64,000 nt of DNA from Firmicutes bacterium CAG:534 (GTDB taxonomy: Bacteria; Bacillota; Clostridia; Lachnospirales; Lachnospiraceae), in NCBI GenBank assembly GCA_000436115.1, contig FR894558.1, positions 83,974 through 147,973 of the forward strand, written 5' to 3'. Position numbers and translations under genes: made by a program. The notes beneath the pieces were generated by a model that was not told where the DNA came from, did no database searches, and saw nothing but the letters and a program-made list of their open reading frames with translations. Shown one piece after another: positions 1 to 10,716 of this stretch. Position 1 is the stretch's first letter; each line of letters opens with the position of its first letter.

Positions 1-1
1 G

Positions 2-1549
2 GTTGGAATAGAGGAGGATAAGCTGGAAATAGAGGGAAAAGGAAGCTTTCCCATAGACAGCCGCTGTCAGGGCTACCGTTTGTATGGAGCTTTGCAGAAT
101 GCAGAAAGGTCAGAGCTGCTTTTAGGCTATGACTTTACAGATTTTGTGCTGGATCATGGAAAGATATGCGCCTTTTTTATAGCCAGGGAAGAGGAGCTTA
201 GTACCATAAGAGTTGCCATTAAGAATGAAAAGACAGGAAGGCTCTATCATGACAGCCTTATCTTTTGCAGCGACAGGCCGCTTCTTTTGGAATATGGCGT
301 GGGGGATGAAATAACGCAGGAGATCCTGGAACCGTTAAAGCCTTTTGAGATTGGAAAGGATAGCTCCTGCCTGAAGGAAGGGCGGGTAAAGCTGTCGGGA
401 GATACCAATACCGCAAGAATCTGTCTTTCCTCCCTGCAAAGAGCAAGCGGAGAACCCTACTACGCCGGAACCCTTGAGGTGATCGGAACAAAGCAGGGGC
501 TGATCCTGATCAATGAACTGCCGCTTGAAAATTATCTGTTCTCCGTGGTGCCAAGTGAAATGCCCGCATCTTATCCGGGAGAGGCGCTGAAGGCCCAGGC
601 TATCTGTGCAAGAACCTATGCCATCAGATATTTATACGCTCCCGGATACCCGGAGTACGGCGCTCATGTGGATGACAGTGTAAGCTTTCAGGTCTACAAT
701 AACCTGCAGGAAAATGCAGATACCACAAAGGCAGTGAAGGAAACAGCGGGAAAGTATCTGTGCTATGAGGAAGAGCCCGTTTCTACTTATTATTACTCTA
801 CCTCCTGCGGCTACGGAACAGATGAAAGCGTATGGAGCGGAAAGGAAGAAGCACAGATGCCCTACCTTTCGGCGCACCATATTGCTGCAAAAACAGAAGA
901 GGGCTTTACGCCCGGGGAGCTTCAAAAGGAAGAAAATTTCAGGGAGTATATTACGAAGGAAGATGAAATGGCATATGAAAAGGAAGAACCGTGGTTCCGC
1001 TGGACGGCAAAGGTAGAAAAGCTGGAGGTATCGGAGTTGTCTGACAGACTAAAGGAACGTTTCCTTGCCGATCCGGAAAAAGTGCTCTTTTATGAAGGAA
1101 CAGGAGATCCGGAATATGACGGGAAGGGCTATGTATCGCAGGAGCCGGGCAGGATTAAGAGCATTTACGAGATCCGATGCCAGAAGAGAGGGGAAGGAGG
1201 CGTGATGGAGGAGCTTTTGCTGGAAACCGATCTGGGAACATATAAGGTCCTGACAGAATATAATATCAGATATATCCTGAACCAGAACTGCCAGGTCAGG
1301 CGGGCGGACGGTTCTTTGTATGAAGCTGCGACCCTGCTTCCCAGCGCCTATCTGATAATTGACGTTGTCAAATCCGGGAAAGATGTGATAGGATATACAA
1401 TGATCGGGGGCGGCTATGGGCATGGCGTTGGAATGTCACAAAATGGTGCAAAGGCCATGGCCCTTTCGGGAAAAAGCTGCGAGGAAATCCTTTCCTTCTT
1501 TTTCCCCAGCTGTGAACAGAGGGAGGCTGCGCCCATAAGGATGGATTGA
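2..1549 (+). CDS. SpoIID/LytB-domain protein (stage II sporulation protein D-like), 5' end cut by window edge
   Basis: Frame is open from nt 2 to the TTG at 80 (no upstream in-frame stop), so the gene begins before the window. C-terminal motif GYGHGVGMSQNGAKAMA is the hallmark of the SpoIID/LytB amidase-enhancer domain. Confidence 0.75.
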   Translation, partial: VGIEEDKLEIEGKGSFPIDSRCQGYRLYGALQNAERSELLLGYDFTDFVLDHGKICAFFIAREEELSTIRVAIKNEKTGRLYHDSLIFCSDRPLLLEYGVGDEITQEILEPLKPFEIGKDSSCLKEGRVKLSGDTNTARICLSSLQRASGEPYYAGTLEVIGTKQGLILINELPLENYLFSVVPSEMPASYPGEALKAQAICARTYAIRYLYAPGYPEYGAHVDDSVSFQVYNNLQENADTTKAVKETAGKYLCYEEEPVSTYYYSTSCGYGTDESVWSGKEEAQMPYLSAHHIAAKTEEGFTPGELQKEENFREYITKEDEMAYEKEEPWFRWTAKVEKLEVSELSDRLKERFLADPEKVLFYEGTGDPEYDGKGYVSQEPGRIKSIYEIRCQKRGEGGVMEELLLETDLGTYKVLTEYNIRYILNQNCQVRRADGSLYEAATLLPSAYLIIDVVKSGKDVIGYTMIGGGYGHGVGMSQNGAKAMALSGKSCEEILSFFFPSCEQREAAPIRMD

Positions 1550-1559
1550 GGAAGCCTTT

Positions 1560-2417
1560 ATGTTTAAAAGACTCTTATTTATCGGATATGATTTTAACAA
1601 GCATATGAGCAGAAAAAATATAAGCGCTTTTGCAGCAAGCACTGCGTTTTTCCTTTTTCTGTCTCTGATCCCGGCACTGATGCTTTTATGTGCGGTCATC
1701 CCTTACACGCCTTTGACAGAGAGCAATGTGATGAGCGCACTGACGCAGATTTCGCCGGATACCATGGATCCTCTGGTGGTAAGTATCATTTCGGATGTAT
1801 ATGATAAATCTGTGGGACTGATCTCCGTTACGGCGATCGGTACGCTGTGGTCAGCCGGAAAGGGCGTTCTGGCATTGATGCGGGGACTGAATGCGATCAA
1901 TAACGTGGAAGAAAACAGAAACTATTTTGTGCTCCGCATGATCGCCTCTCTATATACGATCCTGACGCTGGTGGCAGTGGTGATTTCTCTTTTGTTTATG
2001 GTATTTGGAAATACCCTGATCGGGATCATTGAGGGGATCGTTCCGGGCAGCTCTTACTTTTTTGCATTGCTGATGCATTTCAGGACTCCCTTTGTGTGGG
2101 TGATCATGACGCTCATTATCGCACTGATGTATGCGTATGTGCCTGGAACAAAGCAGGGATTTCGGATGCAGCTTCCGGGAGCCGGGCTTGCGGCAATCGG
2201 ATGGAGTGCGACAACATTTTGCTTTTCGGTATATATCGATGAATTTAATGGATTTAATACCTACGGAAGCCTGACAACGATCATTATCTTGATGCTCTGG
2301 CTTTATGCCGGAATGTATATCATTTTGGTGGGAGCCTATATCAACCGCTATTTTAAACCTGCATTTCAGTTCTTTATTGGGAAAAAGAAGGTTGACAAGC
2401 GGAGCAAGATTGACTAA
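1560..2417 (+). CDS. YihY/BrkB (ribonuclease BN-like) family membrane protein
   Basis: 285 aa, about 6 hydrophobic helices. N-terminal AFxAAxxAFFxFLSLxP pattern is typical of the YihY family. GAGGAAG RBS 5 nt before ATG. Confidence 0.65.
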   Translation: MFKRLLFIGYDFNKHMSRKNISAFAASTAFFLFLSLIPALMLLCAVIPYTPLTESNVMSALTQISPDTMDPLVVSIISDVYDKSVGLISVTAIGTLWSAGKGVLALMRGLNAINNVEENRNYFVLRMIASLYTILTLVAVVISLLFMVFGNTLIGIIEGIVPGSSYFFALLMHFRTPFVWVIMTLIIALMYAYVPGTKQGFRMQLPGAGLAAIGWSATTFCFSVYIDEFNGFNTYGSLTTIIILMLWLYAGMYIILVGAYINRYFKPAFQFFIGKKKVDKRSKID

Positions 2418-2454
2418 GATACAGATATATGCAGGTAAAGGCTGTGAAGGTGTA

Positions 2455-2690
2455 CAGTAGCGAAGTGTTTTCTTACAGAGAGAAGAAGTCATCGGCTGTG
2501 AGCTTCTTTAAGTTCAGACATGGAGTGAATTTCCCACCGGAGCTTTTAGGCTGAACCCCAGCGGGCAGTAAGCTTAAACGTCACACGCGTTAAGTGTCAG
2601 AGGTGTCTGCCGCATTGGCAGGAACTTGGGTGGTACCGCGGATCAGATTCGTCCCTTGTATTTATAATAGATACAAGGGTTTTTTTATGT
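2455..2690 (+). promoter_or_regulatory. T-box riboswitch leader (Phe specifier UUC) controlling pheS-pheT
   Basis: AG-box AGAGAGAAGAAG (about 2477-2488), specifier-loop UUC followed by A (2513-2516), conserved T-box sequence GGGUGGUACCGCGG (2628-2641), then intrinsic terminator CCCTTGTAT-9nt-ATACAAGGG plus T7 (2653-2686) immediately 5' of pheS. Confidence 0.75.
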
Positions 2691-2721
2691 TCATTTATCA
2701 AAGAGAAGAGAGGTAGAAAAG

Positions 2722-3765
2722 ATGCAGGATCAGGTATTATCAGACAAGCTTTCCTCATTAAAGGAAAAGATCGAAGGAGAGCTGAAGCAGCTAAAGAGTT
2801 CAAAAGAGCTTTATGAATTCAAAAATCTATATCTTGAAGGGAAAAAGAGCAAGATCAGCGAGCTGATGAAGGAAATGGGAAAGCTTGCCCCGGAAGAAAG
2901 AGCAGGATATGGAAAATCCGTTAATGATCTCAAAAGCTGGGCTTTTGACAGATTTGCGGATATGGAAGACAAAATGAAAAAGCTGGAGCTTATGCACAGA
3001 TATGAGAGGGAAAAGATCGACCTTACTATCCCGGCACAGCCTGTAAAGATCGGAAATCTGCACCCTGTTACCCTGGTCAGAAATCAGCTTATTGATATTT
3101 TTGCAGGAATGGGCTTTGAGATTTATGAGGGAAGTGAAATCGAAACGGATTATTATAATTTTACAGCCCTGAACACTCCGAAGGATCATCCCGCAAGAGA
3201 TATGCAGGATACCTTTTATCTGTCGCCCGAGTTTTTGCTGCGTACCCAGACTTCAGCGGGCCAGATCCATGTAATGGAAAAGAAGCAGCCACCGATTAAG
3301 ATCCTTTCCCCCGGAAAGGTGTTCCGTTCTGATGATGATGCTACCCATTCGCCCATGTTTTCCCAGATGGAGGGACTGGTAGTAGATAAGGGAATCACGC
3401 TGGGAGACTTAAAGGGAATGCTGGATGTGTTTGTACAGAAGGTGTTCGGTGAAAATGTGACAACCCGTCTGCGCCCGTCCTATTTCCCGTTTACAGAGCC
3501 TTCCGTTGAGGTGGACGTAAGCTGTTTTGAATGCGGCGGTAAGGGATGCAGCCTCTGCAAGGGAACAGGCTGGATCGAGATCCTTGGTGCCGGTGTGGTC
3601 AACAAGAGAGTCCTGGAAAACTGCGGAATTGATTCCGAGGAATACAGCGGTTTTGCCTTTGGAATGGGACTGGAGCGTATTGCCATGCTCAAATACGGTA
3701 TCAATAATATTAAACTGTTATTCAATTCAGACCTGCGTGTGTTAGAGCAGATCAATGAGAAATAG
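2722..3765 (+). CDS. pheS: phenylalanine--tRNA ligase alpha subunit
   Basis: 347 aa. Class II aaRS core motifs [20 protein letters not shown] and [11 protein letters not shown]. Preceded by Phe T-box, followed by pheT. Confidence 0.95.
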   Translation: MQDQVLSDKLSSLKEKIEGELKQLKSSKELYEFKNLYLEGKKSKISELMKEMGKLAPEERAGYGKSVNDLKSWAFDRFADMEDKMKKLELMHRYEREKIDLTIPAQPVKIGNLHPVTLVRNQLIDIFAGMGFEIYEGSEIETDYYNFTALNTPKDHPARDMQDTFYLSPEFLLRTQTSAGQIHVMEKKQPPIKILSPGKVFRSDDDATHSPMFSQMEGLVVDKGITLGDLKGMLDVFVQKVFGENVTTRLRPSYFPFTEPSVEVDVSCFECGGKGCSLCKGTGWIEILGAGVVNKRVLENCGIDSEEYSGFAFGMGLERIAMLKYGINNIKLLFNSDLRVLEQINEK

Positions 3766-3782
3766 TCAGGAGGAAACGGATC

Positions 3783-6227
3783 ATGATATTACCATTAAGC
3801 TGGTTAAAGGAATATGTGGATGTAGATGTAACACCCGATGAACTGGAAAAGAAGCTGTTCGACGCAGGGTTTGAGGTAGAAGAAAAATATGAGCTTGGCA
3901 AAGATGTGAGCAACATCGTAGTAGGACTTGTAGAGTCCTGTGAGCCTATTCCCGAAACTCATTTGCATGTGTGTCAGGTAAATGCAGGCTCATATGGAAC
4001 CATGCAGGTTTGCTGCGGGGCGGACAATGTCTGTGCCGGAGGAAAGTTCCCTCTTGCCCTTCCCGGAGCAAGTGTTTATGCAACGGCCAAGGATCATAAG
4101 ACGGTAGAAGGAGTTATGACCATTAAAAAGGGAAAGCTCCGCGGCTATGAATCAAACGGAATGCTTTGTTCCGGTGTGGAGCTTGGACTGACAGAGGATC
4201 TTTATCCCGGATCAGAATACAACGGGCTTTTGGCGCTGCCGGAGGATGCACAGCCGGGCGAGGATGTAAAGAAGCTTACCGGACTGGATGATGTGATTTT
4301 TGACATTGCGCTTACAGCAAACCGTCCGGACTGCCAGAGCATTCTGGGAATGGCAAGGGAAGTTGCGGCTATCTTGGGAAAAGAGCTTAAGATGCCTGCA
4401 ACAGACTATACAGAGACAGAAGCTGTAAAGGAAGGATTTCAGGTTCAGGTGGAAGCGCCGGAGCTGTGTCCCCGTTACAGTGCGCACTATGTATATGATG
4501 TTAAGATCGGGCCGTCACCGTTATGGATGAAACGAAGATTGGCGCTTTTGGGAATGTCCTCTATTTCCAATGTGGTCGATATAACAAACTATGTGCTCAA
4601 GGAAATCGGACAGCCGATGCATGCCTTTGACTGCTCTTATCTGGAAGGAAACGAGATCTGCGTCAGAAGGGCAAAGGATCAGGAAAAGATCGTGACCCTG
4701 GATGAGCAGGAATACGAGATGAATACAGAAAACCTTGTGATCTGCGACGGGGTAAAGCCCGTTGCCCTTGCAGGAGTGATGGGGGGACTGAATTCAGAGA
4801 TCCGTGACACCACAAAGGATGTAATGTTTGAATCTGCTAAATTTGCCAGGGACAATGTAAGAAAAACGGCAAGAAGCCTGGGAAAGAGTACAGATGCAAG
4901 CGCCCGTTATGAAAAAGGGGTAGACGAGTATTCGGTTGTGCTTGGCATGAAGCGTGCCCTTCACTTAATAGAAGAACTGGGCTGCGGAAAGGTTTCCTCC
5001 ACGCATATTGATGTGAATACCGGTAACAGCATTGAGCCTACGGAAATGAAAGTCAGCCTCCGCAAAGTGAACGGGGTGCTTGGGATTGAAGTGCCGAAGG
5101 AGGATGTGATCAGGATCATGAAAAACCTGGATTTTGCGCCCTCGGTAGAAGGAGATGAGCTGACCATCCATGTGCCTGCTTATCGGGAAGATATGCTCCC
5201 TGATGGAGAAAAGGATGTAGAACGGTATCCGGATGTGGCGGAAGAAGTGATCCGTATGTATGGTTATGATCATATTGTACCTACCTTCCTTCCCAGCGCA
5301 CAGGTTACCATGGGCGGACTGAGCAAAAAGCAGAAGGGAGAGCTTGCCTTAAAGAGAACGCTCTGTTCCATTGGGATCAACGAATGCATGCATTATTCCT
5401 TCTTCTCACCGGCAGATCTGGATCTGCTGAAATATGCTCCTGATGCGGAGGAAAGAAAAGCGATCAGACTGTTAAATCCTATCAACCAGGATCTGTCCCT
5501 TATGAGAACAACGCTGGCTGCATCCATGGTGAATGCCATTGCAAGAAATGAGAAGAATGGTATTTTAGAAGGAAAACTGTTTGAGGTTGCAAAGAGATTT
5601 ATTCCGAAGTCTCTGCCTCTTACAGAGTATCCGGAGGAAAAGGATACTCTTTGTGTGGGGATTTTCGGAGCGCAGGAAAGTTTTTATACCATGAAGAGCA
5701 TTGCAAATACCATTGCAGAAAGCATGGATATCCAGTTTGCCTATGAAAAGGAAGAAAAGAGCTTCCTACATCCTTATCAGACGGTTGCCATTTTCTGTGA
5801 AGGAGAGAAGATCGGTTATTTCGGAAAACTGGCCTACGATATTCAGAATGAACTGAATATGCGTACCGGCGCATTCCTGATGGAGATAGATCTTGACCTG
5901 CTTTCCGCATGGTATGGCAAGAAGAGAGTGTTCTCCTCCTTGTCCAAATATGCAGAGGAAAAGCGTGATCTTGCTTTTGTTATGGATAAGGAAATCACCT
6001 TTGGCCAGGTGGAAGACTGTATCCGCAGAGCCAATAAATATATTAAAGAGATCAGACTCTTTGATGTCTATGAGGGCGGCCAGATCCCGGAGGGAAAGAA
6101 GAGCATGGCATATACCATTACCTTTGCACCTAAGGAAGAGGCATTTAATGCAGAAGAGGTTCAGAAGTTTGTGGATAAGATCTGCCGTACCCTGAAAAAT
6201 GATCTGGACATTGATCTGAGAGCCTGA
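3783..6227 (+). CDS. pheT: phenylalanine--tRNA ligase beta subunit
   Basis: 814 aa. N-terminal MILPLSWLKEYVDVDVTPDELEKKL is the conserved PheT start. tRNA-binding, B3/B4 and C-terminal anticodon-binding region are present. GGAGG RBS. Confidence 0.95.
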   Translation: MILPLSWLKEYVDVDVTPDELEKKLFDAGFEVEEKYELGKDVSNIVVGLVESCEPIPETHLHVCQVNAGSYGTMQVCCGADNVCAGGKFPLALPGASVYATAKDHKTVEGVMTIKKGKLRGYESNGMLCSGVELGLTEDLYPGSEYNGLLALPEDAQPGEDVKKLTGLDDVIFDIALTANRPDCQSILGMAREVAAILGKELKMPATDYTETEAVKEGFQVQVEAPELCPRYSAHYVYDVKIGPSPLWMKRRLALLGMSSISNVVDITNYVLKEIGQPMHAFDCSYLEGNEICVRRAKDQEKIVTLDEQEYEMNTENLVICDGVKPVALAGVMGGLNSEIRDTTKDVMFESAKFARDNVRKTARSLGKSTDASARYEKGVDEYSVVLGMKRALHLIEELGCGKVSSTHIDVNTGNSIEPTEMKVSLRKVNGVLGIEVPKEDVIRIMKNLDFAPSVEGDELTIHVPAYREDMLPDGEKDVERYPDVAEEVIRMYGYDHIVPTFLPSAQVTMGGLSKKQKGELALKRTLCSIGINECMHYSFFSPADLDLLKYAPDAEERKAIRLLNPINQDLSLMRTTLAASMVNAIARNEKNGILEGKLFEVAKRFIPKSLPLTEYPEEKDTLCVGIFGAQESFYTMKSIANTIAESMDIQFAYEKEEKSFLHPYQTVAIFCEGEKIGYFGKLAYDIQNELNMRTGAFLMEIDLDLLSAWYGKKRVFSSLSKYAEEKRDLAFVMDKEITFGQVEDCIRRANKYIKEIRLFDVYEGGQIPEGKKSMAYTITFAPKEEAFNAEEVQKFVDKICRTLKNDLDIDLRA

Positions 6228-6256
6228 AAGGAAAAAGAAAAGGAGATAAGAGAAAA

Positions 6257-7672
6257 ATGGAACACAAGAATGTGTGGGAAAGCTACAGCGCAAAGCAGTT
6301 AAAGGAGCTGGAAGCGTTAAGCGCAGAATATATTGATTTTCTTTCAGAATGCAAGACGGAAAGAGAATGCGTAGATTATATTGTTAATGTAATTGAAAAG
6401 GAAGGGTACCGTGAACTGCAGGATGTGATCAAAAAGGGTGAAACCTTGAAATGCGGCGATAAGGTATATGCTGTCTGGATGAATAAGACGGTAGCCATGT
6501 TCCAGATCGGCAGACAGCCCATGGAAAAGGGAATGAATATCCTTGGGGCGCATATTGATTCTCCGAGGCTTGATGTAAAGCAAAATCCCCTTTATGAGGA
6601 TGGGGGCTTTGCGTATCTGGATACCCATTATTACGGTGGCGTAAAGAAATATCAATGGGTTACGATTCCACTTGCCCTTCATGGGGTAATTGTGAAAAAA
6701 GACGGAACGACCGTAGAGATCAATATCGGAGAGAATGCAGATGATCCGGTGTTCTTTGTGTCAGATCTTCTGATCCATCTTGCACAGGAGCAGCTTGAAA
6801 AGAAAGCAGCCAAGGTGATCGAGGGAGAAGCGCTTGATATTATCTTTGGCAACAAGCCCATCCTTCTTTCCAAGGAAAAGAACAAAAAGGAAGAAAAGGC
6901 CAAGGAAGCAGTGAAGGAAGGAATTCTGGATCTGCTCAAAAAGAATTATGACGTGGAGGAAGAGGATTTCCTTTCCGCAGAACTTGAAGTGGTACCTGCC
7001 GGAAGAGCAAGAGAAGCAGGACTAGACCGCAGCATGATCCTTGCATACGGACAGGATGACAGAGTCTGCGCATTTTCTTCCCTGAAGGCAATGCTGGAGT
7101 TAAAGGACAGCGAGCGCTGCGCCTGCTGTCTTCTGGTAGATAAGGAAGAGATCGGAAGCGTGGGAGCTACCGGTATGCAGTCCAAGTTCTTTGAAAATAC
7201 AGTTGCAGAGGTTATGAACCTTGCCGGGGAGTATTCGGAGCTGAAGGTAAGAAGATGCCTGGCAGCATCCTGCATGCTTTCCTCTGATGTGAGCAGCGCA
7301 TATGATCCCAGCTATGCCTCCAGCTTTGACAAGAAAAACGTTGCTTATCTGGGCGGCGGCATGGTCTTCAACAAATTTACCGGCGCCAGAGGAAAATCCG
7401 GCTCCAATGATGCGAATGCAGAGTATCTTGCACACATCCGCCAGATCTTTGAAAAGGAAAAGGTGCAGTTCCAGACCGCTGAGCTTGGAAGAGTGGATTT
7501 GGGAGGCGGTGGAACCATTGCTTATATTCTGGCGCTTTACGGCATGAATGTGATCGACAGCGGCGTGGCAGTTTTAAATATGCATGCGCCCTGGGAAGCA
7601 ACCAGTAAGGCGGATGTTTATGAAACAAAGAGAGGCTATGTAGCCTTTTTAAAAGAGGCAGACCTGTCATGA
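6257..7672 (+). CDS. M18-family aminopeptidase (aminopeptidase 1-like)
   Basis: 471 aa. [16 protein letters not shown] and [18 protein letters not shown] blocks resemble M18 (aspartyl aminopeptidase/ApeA) enzymes. Size fits M18 rather than M42. Confidence 0.65.
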   Translation: MEHKNVWESYSAKQLKELEALSAEYIDFLSECKTERECVDYIVNVIEKEGYRELQDVIKKGETLKCGDKVYAVWMNKTVAMFQIGRQPMEKGMNILGAHIDSPRLDVKQNPLYEDGGFAYLDTHYYGGVKKYQWVTIPLALHGVIVKKDGTTVEINIGENADDPVFFVSDLLIHLAQEQLEKKAAKVIEGEALDIIFGNKPILLSKEKNKKEEKAKEAVKEGILDLLKKNYDVEEEDFLSAELEVVPAGRAREAGLDRSMILAYGQDDRVCAFSSLKAMLELKDSERCACCLLVDKEEIGSVGATGMQSKFFENTVAEVMNLAGEYSELKVRRCLAASCMLSSDVSSAYDPSYASSFDKKNVAYLGGGMVFNKFTGARGKSGSNDANAEYLAHIRQIFEKEKVQFQTAELGRVDLGGGGTIAYILALYGMNVIDSGVAVLNMHAPWEATSKADVYETKRGYVAFLKEADLS

Positions 7673-8736
7673 AAACATCAGATTTTTACTTTGATCTGCC
7701 CCAGGAGCTGATTGCGCAGGATCCTTTGGAGGACAGATCCTCATCAAGGCTTCTTCTGGTGAATAAAAACACAGGAGAAACAAAGCATGAAGTGTTCCGG
7801 AATGTGATCGATTACCTGCATCCGGGAGACTGCCTGGTTTTAAATAATACCAGGGTGATCCCGGCAAGACTGCTTGGACAGAAGGAAGAGACCGGAGCTG
7901 CGGTAGAAATCCTTCTTTTGAAAAGAAGGGAAAAGGATGTATGGGAAACACTGGTACATCCGGGGAAAAAGTTAAAGCCGGGAGCAAGGGTGAGCTTCGG
8001 GGATGGAAGACTGAAGGGAGAGATCCTGGATGTGGTGGAGGAAGGGAACAGGCTGGTAAAATTTGAGTATGAAGGTATTTTTGAGGAAGTGCTGGACAGC
8101 CTGGGAGAAATGCCCCTTCCGCCGTATATCACCCACAAACTGAAGGATAAGAACCGGTACCAGACGGTGTATGCAAAGTATGACGGTTCTGCGGCAGCGC
8201 CCACAGCCGGTCTTCATTTTACCAAGGAGCTTTTAAGACAGATTGAAGAAAAAGGGGTCAGACTTGCTTTTGTAACGCTGCATGTAGGACTTGGAACCTT
8301 CCGGCCGGTGAAGGCGGAGGAGATCACAGAGCATCACATGCATTCGGAATATTATCAGGTTTCAGAAGAGGCTGCCCGGATCATAAATGAAACAAAACAG
8401 GCAGGCGGACGGGTGATCTGCGTAGGGACAACCAGCTGCAGGACGGTTGAGAGTGCGTCAGACTCAAAAGGGGTTGTGGAGCCTGGCTGTGGAAATACGG
8501 AGATCTTTATTTATCCGGGGTACCGGTTTAAGGTGCTGGACTGTCTGATCACCAATTTTCATCTGCCGGAGTCTACACTGGTGATGCTTGTGTCTGCTTT
8601 GGCGGGAAGAGAGCATGTGCTTCATGCCTATGAGGAAGCCATAAAAGAAAAGTACAGATTTTTTTCCTTTGGGGACGCATGCTTTTTTACAGATGACTTT
8701 ACAAAAAACTCCACATCGGCTATTATAAAGCAATAG
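7669..8736 (+). CDS. queA: S-adenosylmethionine:tRNA ribosyltransferase-isomerase
   Basis: 355 aa. N-terminal [19 protein letters not shown] and [11 protein letters not shown] are canonical QueA. Overlaps upstream stop by 4 nt. Confidence 0.9.
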   Translation: MKTSDFYFDLPQELIAQDPLEDRSSSRLLLVNKNTGETKHEVFRNVIDYLHPGDCLVLNNTRVIPARLLGQKEETGAAVEILLLKRREKDVWETLVHPGKKLKPGARVSFGDGRLKGEILDVVEEGNRLVKFEYEGIFEEVLDSLGEMPLPPYITHKLKDKNRYQTVYAKYDGSAAAPTAGLHFTKELLRQIEEKGVRLAFVTLHVGLGTFRPVKAEEITEHHMHSEYYQVSEEAARIINETKQAGGRVICVGTTSCRTVESASDSKGVVEPGCGNTEIFIYPGYRFKVLDCLITNFHLPESTLVMLVSALAGREHVLHAYEEAIKEKYRFFSFGDACFFTDDFTKNSTSAIIKQ

Positions 8737-8762
8737 GGAGATGTACTTGTCGGCAAAAGCGT

Positions 8763-9113
8763 ATGGAGGTTACGATGGAAGAGAGAAGAAGGGGTAATAG
8801 GATTAAATTGGAATCAACGCTTGTCCTGAACAGACTGGACGGAAACGAAGGACAAAAGGTTGAAATTGATATTTCGGATGTGTCAAAATCGGGAATTGGC
8901 TTTAACTGTAAAGGATTATTGGAAATAGGCTCTGTTTATGAGGCCTTTCTGAGGATCTGGACGCAGGAGGTCATTCATGCCTTTTTGGAGATCGTCCGGA
9001 TCGAAAAATGCGAAGATGGGTACAATTATGGCGCTGTTTTCATTGGAATGCCGGAAACGGAAGCGACCAGAATTGAGGTTTATGATACAGTCAGAACGCT
9101 GCAGGGCAATTAG
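8763..9113 (+). CDS. PilZ-domain (c-di-GMP-binding) small protein
   Basis: 116 aa with RRRGNR (RxxxR) followed by DISDVSKSGIGF (D/NxSxxG), the two c-di-GMP-contacting PilZ motifs. Confidence 0.55.
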   Translation: MEVTMEERRRGNRIKLESTLVLNRLDGNEGQKVEIDISDVSKSGIGFNCKGLLEIGSVYEAFLRIWTQEVIHAFLEIVRIEKCEDGYNYGAVFIGMPETEATRIEVYDTVRTLQGN

Positions 9114-9573
9114 AAATGGAATATTACTGATCATTCTTTATGCTGTTATTTTTTTCTTTTCGGCAGAGGATGGAGAAAGCTCATCAGCAGTCAGCACGCA
9201 GGTTACAAAGACCCTTTTAAAGGCGTATTATGCAATGAGCGAGGGAAAGGGAACCGGAGGCGGCGTGACAGGAGATCTGGTTTGCGCACTGGAAGGCGTG
9301 ATCAGAAAGCTGGCACACTTTACGGAGTATTTCTGTCTGGGGGCTCTTTGGTACAGCATTCCGTTTCTCTGGAAAAAGGCCGGTAAGAAAAGCATTCCTT
9401 CGGTGGCGGGAATATTGCTGCTTTCTGCTGCTGTAGATGAATTTCACCAGTATTTCATTCCGGGAAGGAATGCCTCAGTGAGAGATGTGCTGATTGATGT
9501 GGCCGGTGGAATGACGGCAGTAGCTGTACTATGGATCATAAAAAGATTAAAAAGAAGACTGTGCACTGGATAA
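9082..9573 (+). CDS. VanZ-family membrane protein
   Basis: RKLAHFTEYFCLGAL and DEFHQYFIPGRNASVRDVLIDVAGG blocks typical of VanZ-like proteins. I place the start at ATG 9082 (MIQSERC...), overlapping the PilZ ORF end. The ORF track start at 8977 is less likely. Confidence 0.55.
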   Translation: MIQSERCRAIRNGILLIILYAVIFFFSAEDGESSSAVSTQVTKTLLKAYYAMSEGKGTGGGVTGDLVCALEGVIRKLAHFTEYFCLGALWYSIPFLWKKAGKKSIPSVAGILLLSAAVDEFHQYFIPGRNASVRDVLIDVAGGMTAVAVLWIIKRLKRRLCTG

Positions 9574-9593
9574 AACCGGCGCACAGTTTTTTT
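9558..9593. terminator. bidirectional intrinsic terminator between VanZ-like gene (+) and tyrA (-)
   Basis: ACTGTGCACTGG-6nt-CCGGCGCACAGT imperfect 12-bp stem, T7 on the + strand and an A/T-rich run on the - strand. Confidence 0.5.
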
Positions 9594-10695
9594 AATCAAT
9601 CTCATATATGGTATAACCCTTGGAACAAAGAAGCCTGGAGGCCTTGGAAACGCTTTCTTCATCATAAAATTCAACCCGGAGAATACCGCTTTCCTGCTCC
9701 CTGTTGTGAAGAATGCCAATGTTTTTGATGCTGATAAGATTTAAGGCAAGAATTGTGGCAATGGCAGCCAGTGCACCCGGCTCATCTGCAATGTCCACCC
9801 GCAGCGCATAGGATTTTTTGATGGGGCCGCTGCCTGCATCGATAAAAGAATCCCGGTAGTCCCTTGCTTCCTCAAAAAAGGTATAGAGGGCGTCGCTGCT
9901 TGACGAGTTTATTTCCTCCCGGATCTGCTGAAGGGAGGCAATATAGTCAGATAACAGGGATAAAATGTTTTCCCTGTTTGTCAGACAGATCTGCTGCCAC
10001 ATAACAGGAGAGGAGGAAGCAATTCTGGTGATGTCCTTAAAGCCTCCGGCGGCAATCATTTTCATAGTGCCTTCCCTGGAATCGGAATTCCTAACCAGAT
10101 TGACAAGGGAGGCGGCGATCACATGGGGCAGGTGGCTGATCGCAGCAGTGACATAATCGTGCTCCTTATAGGACAGAACCAGGGGGATGGCGCCCAGGGA
10201 AGCCACCAGCTCGCTGAAGGCATGAACCCGGAAAGCTTCCACTTCCCTGCAGGGAGTCAGAATATAATAGGCGTTCTGAAGCAGCAGAGCCTTAGAGCTC
10301 CCGTAGCCTGTCCGCTCGCTGCCGGCCATGGGATGCCCGCCGATAAACTGCTTTTGAAGCCCGGCCTGTTCGATATGAAGATGAATATCCGTCTTGACGC
10401 TGCCTACATCTGTCAAAAGAGTCTTTGAGGACAGAAAAGGCTGTATTTTTGAAAGGTAAGAGTCATTTTCGGAAACGGGAGCGCATAAAAAGAGATAGTC
10501 ACATGCTGCAAGTTCCCCGCCGATCTCTTCAAGGGGCGTATTGATAACGCCATCTGATACGGCATCCGTGAGGGCCTGTTTATTAATATCATATGCCAGA
10601 AGGCGGCACTCCGGATGGAACTTGCGAAGGGCTCTGGCAATGGAACCCCCGATCAGACCAAGTCCGATAAAACCGCAGGTTAATTGTTCGTTCAT
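9592..10695 (-). CDS. tyrA: prephenate dehydrogenase with C-terminal ACT domain
   Basis: 367 aa. N-terminal GFIGLGLIGGSIARAL Rossmann fold, PDH core, C-terminal ACT-like region. Immediately downstream of DAHP synthase on the same strand. Confidence 0.85.
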   Translation of the reverse strand: MNEQLTCGFIGLGLIGGSIARALRKFHPECRLLAYDINKQALTDAVSDGVINTPLEEIGGELAACDYLFLCAPVSENDSYLSKIQPFLSSKTLLTDVGSVKTDIHLHIEQAGLQKQFIGGHPMAGSERTGYGSSKALLLQNAYYILTPCREVEAFRVHAFSELVASLGAIPLVLSYKEHDYVTAAISHLPHVIAASLVNLVRNSDSREGTMKMIAAGGFKDITRIASSSPVMWQQICLTNRENILSLLSDYIASLQQIREEINSSSSDALYTFFEEARDYRDSFIDAGSGPIKKSYALRVDIADEPGALAAIATILALNLISIKNIGILHNREQESGILRVEFYDEESVSKASRLLCSKGYTIYEID

Positions 10696-10716
10696 AGGTG
10701 AAAGCTTCCTTTTTGC

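Noticed and set aside
8977-9081. Longer N-terminus for the VanZ-like ORF
   Set aside because: Would overlap 135 nt of the PilZ gene. The internal ATG at 9082 gives a start just before the first TM helix.
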